Shown: in pieces, positions 57,462-64,000 of the stretch
How positions within the stretch are numbered: the stretch's first letter is position 1
Layout: the number at the start of each line of letters is the position of its first letter
Virus record (IMG/VR): IMGVR_UViG_3300020151_001109
Span: 1 to 64,000 of that record
DNA length: 64,000 nucleotides
From: a virus
Lineage: Duplodnaviria > Caudoviricetes
Strand: one strand, 5' to 3'
Notes under the pieces: generated by a model
Seen by the model: only the letters and a program-made list of their open reading frames with translations
Told to the model about the DNA's origin: nothing
Databases searched by the model: none
Made by a program: the position numbers and the translations under genes

Positions 57462-58322
57462 ATGGAAAATAACGTCATATCTAGTATTAAATTAAAAAAC
57501 TATCTTGATACTAAAAAAAGAGATACTAGATTGATGGGCGCCATTGAGCGACACATTTTATCAAAAGATTTCGATAATAGAGATCAAACTGTGTTGCATC
57601 CTTCTGATATAATTAAGCCGGAGTGGTGTGCTCTCGCTTCCTATCACGCATTGAATGGTAATTATGTAGAAACTAGGGAGCGCCCCACTCTACGTTTGCA
57701 GTCTATCTTTGATGCAGGACACGGAGCTCACGCTAAGTGGCAAACTTATTTGCGTGAGATGGGCGTGCTTTACGGCGTTTGGGGCGATAAGACCGGTACG
57801 TCTTGGGGTATTTCTTCAGACATTCATAAAAGCGTTGACTATAAAGAAGTCCCCCTAGTAAGTAAGCGACACAGAATTTCTGGCCATTCTGATGGTTGGG
57901 TTAAGGGTTTAGGTGATGATTTCTTAATTGAAATTAAAACCATAGGGTCCGGAACCATTCGTATGGAAGCTCCGGGGTTATTTAACGGAGCACAGGACGT
58001 AGAGTCCGCTTGGCGCAACATTCGCCAACCTTTTCCAAGCCACATCCTACAAGGGCAGGTATATCTACACCTTGCCCATATTATGGTTGAGGATGGATTA
58101 CTAGAGTCAGCACCATCTGAGATCGTTTACATATATGAGTTAAAAGCAAACCAAGATTACAAAGAATTTTCTGTAGCATACAACCCTGAGCATTCAGCCC
58201 AGTTTTTTGACTCAGCGCTAGATGTTGTTTGGGCTCTAGAGAATAATCGCCCTCCTCAGTGCAATATTGATTCTGTGATAGGCTGCTCCCGCTGTAAACC
58301 ATTTAGGGGAGAAAATGCCTGA
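57462..58322 (+). CDS. Cas4-like PD-(D/E)XK exonuclease
   Basis: HPS......C, GH..H, GHSDG, IEIKT, Q.QVY and C-terminal C......CSRC. Confidence 0.8.
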   Translation: MENNVISSIKLKNYLDTKKRDTRLMGAIERHILSKDFDNRDQTVLHPSDIIKPEWCALASYHALNGNYVETRERPTLRLQSIFDAGHGAHAKWQTYLREMGVLYGVWGDKTGTSWGISSDIHKSVDYKEVPLVSKRHRISGHSDGWVKGLGDDFLIEIKTIGSGTIRMEAPGLFNGAQDVESAWRNIRQPFPSHILQGQVYLHLAHIMVEDGLLESAPSEIVYIYELKANQDYKEFSVAYNPEHSAQFFDSALDVVWALENNRPPQCNIDSVIGCSRCKPFRGENA

Positions 58323-58485
58323 TTACGAATACAAGTGCAGTAAGTGTCAAGAGATAACTGAAAGCTTTTTTCCAATTGCGGATGGCCCCTCTCCGGCAGT
58401 AGTATGCAAGTGTGGGGGAGAGGCATTTCGCCTGTACTCGACATTTGGGATCCAATTAAAAGGCGGAGGGTGGGGCGGTCAATGA
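58315..58485 (+). CDS. FmdB-like zinc-ribbon protein (not in ORF track)
   Basis: MPDYEYKCSKC...CKCG....R.YS...I.LKGGGW; SD AGGGGAG. Confidence 0.8.
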   Translation: MPDYEYKCSKCQEITESFFPIADGPSPAVVCKCGGEAFRLYSTFGIQLKGGGWGGQ

Positions 58486-58964
58486 GTATCAGCAATAACG
58501 TTTTAAAGTCTTTAGGTGAGTTGGGGTTTACTCTTTCACCTAAACCGGTATATGAGATTCCAGCATTACCGTTAGATATAACCGAACTAGATGACGAGGC
58601 TCTTATGGAACTGTTCGTCCAGTTTACTCAGTGGAATGATCATCTTTCTGGGGCTAGGGCTATTGCAATCATTAATGAGCGCGAAGCAGAGCGCAGCCTA
58701 GATGCTGTAGAAGCTCAGTGCATGTTAGATAACTGGCAGGGTGGTAAGGGAGACCGAGTAGCCGTAGTTAAAGCCGCTATTACAACAAATCCACTTGTTG
58801 AAAAATGCAAGCATGAGTTAGACGTTCAATATGCTTTTCGTAAACTATTAGAGATGCGTGCAGAAAACGTAGAGCGAGACTCCCAACTAGTTTCTAGAGA
58901 GTTAACTCGCCGCACATCCGATGGGGGTAGTTTTCGCAGTAGGACGCGTAAGTTCACGACATGA
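58482..58964 (+). CDS. Helical hypothetical protein (possible UvsY-like mediator)
   Basis: ATGA-coupled on both sides; long amphipathic helices ending SRELTRR. Confidence 0.6.
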   Translation: MSISNNVLKSLGELGFTLSPKPVYEIPALPLDITELDDEALMELFVQFTQWNDHLSGARAIAIINEREAERSLDAVEAQCMLDNWQGGKGDRVAVVKAAITTNPLVEKCKHELDVQYAFRKLLEMRAENVERDSQLVSRELTRRTSDGGSFRSRTRKFTT

Positions 58965-59548
58965 CCGCCTATAAAGGAAAGTTAAAGGTTATAGACGGTG
59001 GGCTAGACCTTACCGATAGATCTAAAAAGTACATAGGTCTTGATCAGTCATATACAGGATTTGCTATAACTGTAATTAATGAAGACGGTAAATATAAGAC
59101 TTTTGTGTATAAGTCCGCAGGACACGGAGTAGAGCGTTTACTGGACATATATCACTTTATGGGTTCAGAGGTATTTGAGGTTGCCTTAAATGTTGTTGAC
59201 TCAGCTATGGAAGGCTATGCCTATAACAGCACAATGGCTCATATGGCTGGCGAACTTGGCGGCCTAGTTAAGATTGAGCTTCGTCATTGGTTTTATGATT
59301 CTGAGGCTAAATACCCTTACATTGTCGCTCCAGCGATGCTTAAGAAGTATATTACTGGTAAAGGGACTGGGGTACAGAAAAACCAGATATTGCTGAATGT
59401 GTACAAGAAATGGGGCATAGAGTTTAATGACGATAATGCCGCAGACTCCTATGGATTAGCTCGAATAGCCGCCGGTATGGGGGAGCTAACCTATGAAAAG
59501 GAGATAATTAAAAAGCTTTTAGACCCTAAATTTAAAGAAAAACCCTGA
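58961..59548 (+). CDS. ruvC: RuvC-like Holliday-junction resolvase
   Basis: IGLDQS.TG, MEGY, GELGG, P..LKKY.TGKG...K and DN.ADS..LA motifs. Confidence 0.85.
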   Translation: MTAYKGKLKVIDGGLDLTDRSKKYIGLDQSYTGFAITVINEDGKYKTFVYKSAGHGVERLLDIYHFMGSEVFEVALNVVDSAMEGYAYNSTMAHMAGELGGLVKIELRHWFYDSEAKYPYIVAPAMLKKYITGKGTGVQKNQILLNVYKKWGIEFNDDNAADSYGLARIAAGMGELTYEKEIIKKLLDPKFKEKP

Positions 59549-59552
59549 TACT
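59518..59552 (+). promoter_or_regulatory. Putative late-type promoter (TTTAGA-N23-GATACT)
   Basis: Same spacing as the other members of the motif. Confidence 0.45.
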
Positions 59553-59597
59553 TATTCCTGAGGGCACTACAAATCGAACCCAAAGGAATACTACATC

Positions 59598-59870
59598 GTG
59601 TCAGAAGAAGAAAAATTTTTACGTGTTGGGGCTGGATCAAACGCCCAATCGGTGGGGTCGGCAATTGCCCACGCCCTATATGAATCCCCTCAAGTTAAAC
59701 TTAGAGCTGTAGGTGCTTCGGCTGTAAATCAAGCTGTAAAAGCTATCGCTATCGCTAGAGGCTATGTTGCCCCTCGAGGACTAGACTTAACTTGCCGACC
59801 TGGATTTACCACTGTTGACTCAAGAGATGGTCAGATTAGCGCCATAGTTTTTACAATTAGCGTAAACTAA
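59598..59870 (+). CDS. spoVS: SpoVS-family (Alba-like) protein
   Basis: LRV.A.SN..SV..AIA........L.AVGA.AVNQAVKAIAIARGYVAP.G.DL.C.PGF......ISAI.F. Confidence 0.9.
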   Translation: MSEEEKFLRVGAGSNAQSVGSAIAHALYESPQVKLRAVGASAVNQAVKAIAIARGYVAPRGLDLTCRPGFTTVDSRDGQISAIVFTISVN

Positions 59871-59905
59871 TCTCGAGATCTCAACTCTACCTTAAGGAAG
59901 TAAAA

Positions 59906-60211
59906 ATGGCCAAAGAACGTAAGACTATGGGTAAAGAGGGTGCGAAGTTTACTTCCCCTTCAGCATCACCCAAGGCAGGAACTCTTATTAAGAAAAAGGG
60001 CGCACAAGCTGCTGATCCTTATGCACAACCTCTAAACAAGCGTGGAACCATCGCTCCAGACCATGATGGTGCTGCTCACCGAATTACTGTTAAGTACATG
60101 CCTCAAACTTCACCAGAAGCCGCTAATACCCAGGCTAATGGTCGAGTCATGAGTCCAAGCATCAAGCGAAGCAACGATAGCTTCGGTCAAGGAATGAGCA
60201 CGTCCTACTAA
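59906..60211 (+). CDS. Basic low-complexity hypothetical protein
   Basis: SD AAGGA. Confidence 0.65.
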   Translation: MAKERKTMGKEGAKFTSPSASPKAGTLIKKKGAQAADPYAQPLNKRGTIAPDHDGAAHRITVKYMPQTSPEAANTQANGRVMSPSIKRSNDSFGQGMSTSY

Positions 60212-60222
60212 TTTAGTGTATG

Positions 60223-60256
60223 CTCTCTACTAGGCCTTAACGGGCTTAGTAGAGAG
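60223..60256. terminator. 15-bp hairpin (terminator or processing site)
   Basis: CTCTCTACTAGGCCT-taac-GGGCTTAGTAGAGAG; overlaps a -10-like TATGCT. Confidence 0.5.
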
Positions 60257-60280
60257 GTACTAAAAAGGATGGGGCAGACA

Positions 60281-60514
60281 ATGTTAGAAGATCTTTATGC
60301 AGTTGCAAAAGATGAAAGAAAAAACGCTTTATATTGCGTAGTAGGACAGTGGGCCGCTTCTTTGCCACACAATGATCACGAAGCATTTGAAAAATCAATT
60401 AATGATGTAGACTTCTCAACTAGAAGTCTTTTTAAGTTGTATCAAAAAGCTGGAGCGCAATTTGGACTAACCTCATTGCTTACACACCGAAACGGAGATT
60501 GCGGATGTCCTTAA
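60281..60514 (+). CDS. Small hypothetical protein (C...HR...C.C)
   Basis: Overlaps the start of the phosphoesterase gene. Confidence 0.65.
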   Translation: MLEDLYAVAKDERKNALYCVVGQWAASLPHNDHEAFEKSINDVDFSTRSLFKLYQKAGAQFGLTSLLTHRNGDCGCP

Positions 60515-61686
60515 GCGATGAATATAGCGACGCCATAATTAAGGCGGGTCAAGAAGGATCGGACAAGTTAAATAAGAATATTCCCGAAACTTGGCGACCA
60601 CGTTCTGAAATTGGAACAGACGGTGGTTTTGTTGTTTCTACTCCAAGACCAGATGGAAACACTCCCGGAGCAGAAGAGATTTTAAGAGAAGCTAACTTAG
60701 ATCCTGCAGAGTGGGCTGTTGTTTCACATCGCCGATCTCGTTGGCAGAAGTATGACGGAGAGTGGCTAGAGTCATTTAGAATTAACGTTGTTCCAGTAAA
60801 CGGATCTACAGAAAAAGATTACGATCTTGTAGAATTGCTTGACAATATAAATAAGTGGAAGCCAGGAAAAGTAATTGATAACGCGGGAGATTTAACTGCG
60901 GTATACAGCATCGGAGATACCCAATACGGTAAAGATGATACTCCGGCTATTATTAACCGAGTTCTTTTATCTTTAGACGAAGCAGTAGAACATCAAAAGT
61001 ATTTATCAAAGAAATATAAGATCGGTCAGATTGCATTGCCACAACTTGGTGATTGCATTGAGGGAATGACAAGTCAAAAGGGCAAGGTTATGGGGCGCCA
61101 CGACATTGGTGTTTCAGAGCAGGTTCGTGTAGGTAGGCGAATGCTTCTTGCACAGGTTAAGGCTTTTGCACCTTTGGCAAATAAGATTATTATTCCGGTA
61201 GTTCCAGGAAACCATGATGAGGTTCAACGTTTCTTAGTTGGTCGCCCTGAAGACTCATGGCAAATTGAAGTAGTTTCTCAAGTAGAAGATATCTGTAAAG
61301 AAAATGATTTCCTAAGAGATCGAGTTGAGTTTCGCTACCCTGCTGCAGATGACAGCACACTAACTGTTAATCTAAGCGGTGTTATGTACGGCATGGCTCA
61401 CGGTCACCAAGCTCGTGACATGGTTAAGTGGTGGGCTGGTCAGGCTATGGGACGTTGTTCAGTAGCTCAAGCAGACATACTTAATGTTGGTCATTACCAC
61501 CACTATCGTTCACAGAACGTGGGTCCAAGATTGTTTATTCAAAATCCAGCAATGGATAACGGATCTGCTTGGTTTAGGGATAAGTCCGGGCTTGAAAGCG
61601 CACCGGGAATTATTTCTTTAGTAGTTGGAGATGGACTAGATCCACGAAGAGAACTTGTTGTACTTGGTGGTAAAAACGATCGTTAA
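60505..61686 (+). CDS. Calcineurin-like metallophosphoesterase
   Basis: GDTQ, LGDCIEG, PGNHD, AHGHQ and GHYHH motifs. Confidence 0.85.
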   Translation: MSLSDEYSDAIIKAGQEGSDKLNKNIPETWRPRSEIGTDGGFVVSTPRPDGNTPGAEEILREANLDPAEWAVVSHRRSRWQKYDGEWLESFRINVVPVNGSTEKDYDLVELLDNINKWKPGKVIDNAGDLTAVYSIGDTQYGKDDTPAIINRVLLSLDEAVEHQKYLSKKYKIGQIALPQLGDCIEGMTSQKGKVMGRHDIGVSEQVRVGRRMLLAQVKAFAPLANKIIIPVVPGNHDEVQRFLVGRPEDSWQIEVVSQVEDICKENDFLRDRVEFRYPAADDSTLTVNLSGVMYGMAHGHQARDMVKWWAGQAMGRCSVAQADILNVGHYHHYRSQNVGPRLFIQNPAMDNGSAWFRDKSGLESAPGIISLVVGDGLDPRRELVVLGGKNDR

Positions 61687-61775
61687 CGCTCTGCCCACCA
61701 CATCCCAAGGATAGTAATAACGACTAGCGTTACTATTGCTATTCCTTGAAATGTGAAGTGGGTGAGGTAATACAT
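61683..61775 (-). CDS. 30-aa single-TM peptide (not in ORF track)
   Basis: TAATG coupling to the endolysin stop; MYYLTHFTFQGIAIVTLVVITILGMWWAER. Confidence 0.55.
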   Translation of the reverse strand: MYYLTHFTFQGIAIVTLVVITILGMWWAER

Positions 61776-62341
61776 TACTTACCGCAGGTAGGGCAAACTT
61801 TCGCCTCTGCTTTAGGTTTTTCTGCGGCAACAGCTCCGGCACCCTTAAACTTAGGGCGACCAAAACCAACGATAGAGATCATAACGCCAGCTTTGTTTTT
61901 CTTGAAGGCACGAAGTTGTTTGCAAACTTCTCCGCCATTTCGTTGGCTTCCAGACTTCTTTGAAGATGTGTTGCCTTCTATACACCAGACTGTTCCATCT
62001 TCGTTGTCCTTAATAACAATTCCAACGTGACTAATTCGGTCTACGCCATCTGATGGGAAATCAAAATAGGCGATATCACCTGGTTCAGGATCTGCAATGT
62101 CTCCATCAATCCAAGCCCCAGACTTCTTAAATGCTGCAGCTCCACCCGGAGTGTAAACAGTATTAGGAACCTTTACGCCAGCTTCGTTAGCGCACCAGTT
62201 TACGAAAGACCCACACCATGGCTGAAAATTAGCCTTTGTGTAAGCGCCGTACTTTGTTTCGTTATCTTTAGGGCCTTCAATTACGCCAATCTCAGCCTTA
62301 GCAACTTCAATGAGGCGTGCTACGGTTCCTTGATCTGCCAT
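61775..62341 (-). CDS. Endolysin, CHAP amidase/endopeptidase
   Basis: N.TKYG, PWCGSFV.WC, P.PGD, SHVGIV and IEGNT motifs; C-terminal CPTCGK. Confidence 0.88.
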   Translation of the reverse strand: MADQGTVARLIEVAKAEIGVIEGPKDNETKYGAYTKANFQPWCGSFVNWCANEAGVKVPNTVYTPGGAAAFKKSGAWIDGDIADPEPGDIAYFDFPSDGVDRISHVGIVIKDNEDGTVWCIEGNTSSKKSGSQRNGGEVCKQLRAFKKNKAGVMISIVGFGRPKFKGAGAVAAEKPKAEAKVCPTCGK

Positions 62342-62751
62342 TAGTCTTTGTCCCAATCTGTATCAACTGGTTGTTCCTCTGGCATTTGACCATTTGGCTT
62401 TGCAGCTAAGCGTGCAGCTGTAGCATCAATCTCTGCCTCAAGCTTCTTGTCTGCCTGTGTATTCTTGGCATCCATTTCTTTATTCTGAAGCTGGGCTGCC
62501 ATAATATCCTTGGCGCCTGAGTTACCGATCAAAATACCGGCAAGGGTTCCTGTAATAAAAGTAGCTATGCTGCCGAGCACATTAAAAAACATTTTGTCAT
62601 TCTCTGACTGAGCTCCAATAGGTTGTGTTACGAATAGGAGTCCGTACAAGATACCTAGAGCTGTAAAAAATAGGATGAGGCCAAGAATAGTTCCTAGCAT
62701 AAACTTTAATCTGGAATCTAATTCGGCTGGGGTTAGGCGTGCTTTACTCAT
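62341..62751 (-). CDS. Holin-like 2-TM membrane protein
   Basis: Two hydrophobic helices plus a charged coiled tail; adjacent to the endolysin. Confidence 0.6.
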   Translation of the reverse strand: MSKARLTPAELDSRLKFMLGTILGLILFFTALGILYGLLFVTQPIGAQSENDKMFFNVLGSIATFITGTLAGILIGNSGAKDIMAAQLQNKEMDAKNTQADKKLEAEIDATAARLAAKPNGQMPEEQPVDTDWDKD

Positions 62752-62968
62752 TTGGTGTTCCCGTTTCTGCTGTTGCTGTGGTTCCGTCTAGTGGGGCTGT
62801 TTTGACCAAGTCTACAGGACAAGTTTGTGCTGCAGTACATATAGGTGGTTTACACTCTGCTTTTTCCCAATTTGTTGGGTCTTGGCAGGGATATCGATAA
62901 AATCCGCTATAACCGCAGCTGGTCAATGACACAGCTAATACGGCGCATAGCAATAGTCTTTTAATCAT
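62744..62968 (-). CDS. Small Cys-rich lipoprotein
   Basis: Signal MIKRLLLCAVLAVS with lipobox LTSC; four further Cys. Confidence 0.7.
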   Translation of the reverse strand: MIKRLLLCAVLAVSLTSCGYSGFYRYPCQDPTNWEKAECKPPICTAAQTCPVDLVKTAPLDGTTATAETGTPNE

Positions 62969-63135
62969 TCTTCGTCCTTTGGGTTTCTAAGTGGATATGT
63001 AATTGCCCAAGCAACCAAAGTAGCTATGATTGCATATCCAACAACGGTCTTTGCGGATCCGTCAAGAACAACCCAGGCAATAAACATACCTAGAAGTGTC
63101 CATAGTTGGTCAATCATGTCTCTAATTATCTTCAT
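62965..63135 (-). CDS. 56-aa 2-TM membrane protein (not in ORF track)
   Basis: MKIIRDMIDQLWTLLGMFIAWVVLDGSAKTVVGYAIIATLVAWAITYPLRNPKDEE; ATGA-coupled at both ends. Confidence 0.7.
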   Translation of the reverse strand: MKIIRDMIDQLWTLLGMFIAWVVLDGSAKTVVGYAIIATLVAWAITYPLRNPKDEE

Positions 63136-63998
63136 GGCTTACGTCTCCTTACGCCTTTACTATCTCCTGATGGACCTCCGCCACCAGAACTTCCGCCCCC
63201 TCCACCACTTGAACCACCGGTACTTGAACCAGCAGCTCCAGCAGCCGCACCGACCGCATTCATGGCAGCACCAGATGCAATTACAGCAGCAACTACCATT
63301 TCTTGTGCTTCTTCACGTTCTTCTGTAGACATATCAGCGCCTATACTTCCAAGCGCTTGGAGGGCTTCTCCCGGATCACTGAATATTGCACCGATTAATT
63401 CCGCGGGGTTCTCTAATAGCACAAGGGCCGCAGCAACGTCTGCCGTAATTATAACTTCATTGCCGTTTTCATCCTGCCTAACCTCAACTGGGGTCTCTGC
63501 TGGCAAGTCCTTATACTCAATGCCGGCATCTTGAATTTGCTCCGATGTAAGTGTTTCTCCAGGAGCTACGGACTCAATAAGAGCTTCTGCTACCAACTCT
63601 TTTTCGGCAGTAGTTAATTTTCCGTCTTCTGCTAAAGCTTCAGATAGAGCGGACACTTCCTCAGCGGTAACTTCTCCATCTGAGTTTAGGGCGTCCATGA
63701 TGTCCTCAGAATCGGCAGCAGAAAGATTTCCGTCAGATAAGACATCTTCCACGGCGGCATCTACTTCCTCCTCAGGTGTGGTAGGCTCTGGGAATGATTC
63801 TTCTAACGGATTTTCTGGCTCTATTTCTGGTAACTCTGGTTGTGGTTCTTCTTCCACGGGTGGTTCGACTTCCTCAACAGGCACCTCGGGCTCTTCGACT
63901 GGCTCTTCGGGCTCTACCGGTTCTTGTGGCTCTTCTATGGGTTGCTCTGGCTCTTCTGTGGAGGGCTCAGTAGGTGATTCGGGCTCGGGAGTTGGTTC
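63132..63998 (-). CDS. Acidic Pro/Glu-rich protein, 5'-truncated by the window edge
   Basis: Frame is open to the window end; PE repeats, DG.(L/V)(S/T)..(D/E) repeats, an Ala-rich segment, a Gly/Ser tail and RRRKP. Confidence 0.7.
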   Translation of the reverse strand, partial: EPTPEPESPTEPSTEEPEQPIEEPQEPVEPEEPVEEPEVPVEEVEPPVEEEPQPELPEIEPENPLEESFPEPTTPEEEVDAAVEDVLSDGNLSAADSEDIMDALNSDGEVTAEEVSALSEALAEDGKLTTAEKELVAEALIESVAPGETLTSEQIQDAGIEYKDLPAETPVEVRQDENGNEVIITADVAAALVLLENPAELIGAIFSDPGEALQALGSIGADMSTEEREEAQEMVVAAVIASGAAMNAVGAAAGAAGSSTGGSSGGGGGSSGGGGPSGDSKGVRRRKP

Positions 63999-64000
63999 AG

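Noticed and set aside
57462-58322. Cas4-like gene as evidence of a CRISPR system
   Set aside because: No repeat-spacer array or other cas genes were seen; solo Cas4-like nucleases are common in phage recombination modules.
59841-59890. A further copy of the TTTA-N-NANNNT promoter before 59906 (and before 42614)
   Set aside because: The spacing does not fit: no NANNNT at the expected offset before 59906, and 1 nt too long before 42614. Neither was counted.
63026-63534. Plus-strand Pro-rich ORFs
   Set aside because: They are antisense shadows of the Gly/Ala-rich minus-strand gene.
1-64000. tRNA genes, introns/inteins, integrase, stop-codon reassignment
   Set aside because: No cloverleaf was seen in the short intergenic gaps, and terL, polA, dnaB and recA are uninterrupted. 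Genes tile densely in the standard code using all three stops. tRNAscan-SE was not run.

Overview
This window is a 64-kb piece of a tailed dsDNA bacteriophage genome with a contractile tail (myovirus architecture). The host is most likely an actinobacterium, inferred from two whiB genes, leaderless TANNNT promoters and PASTA domains; the moderately AT-rich composition would fit low-GC freshwater Actinobacteria. Layout: a secreted lytic transglycosylase (-) with a long structured leader; small genes and a KTSC protein; terminase, portal, scaffold and major capsid; a ~14-kb fibre/decoration block with a glycosyltransferase inserted among the neck genes; sheath, tube, chaperone, tape measure and baseplate; a replication/recombination module (initiator, DnaC-like loader, DnaB, primase, SNF2, SSB, PolA, RecA, Cas4-like nuclease, two resolvases); SpoVS and a metallophosphoesterase; and a convergent lysis cassette. 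I saw no tRNA, CRISPR array, integrase, intron or reverse transcriptase. The most novel signals are non-coding: (1) a riboswitch-like multi-hairpin leader on the transglycosylase gene; (2) four intergenic hairpins whose loops display anti-Shine-Dalgarno sequences, three of them matching phage ribosome-binding sites, in a genome that also encodes SpoVS and KTSC nucleic-acid-binding proteins; (3) a conserved YTTA-(fixed spacing)-NANNNT promoter class upstream of mostly late genes, possibly WhiB-activated; (4) a +1 frameshift and an ATT start around the tape measure gene; (5) iteron-like repeats inside the initiator gene. All calls come from reading motifs and synteny by eye; no database search or folding program was run.
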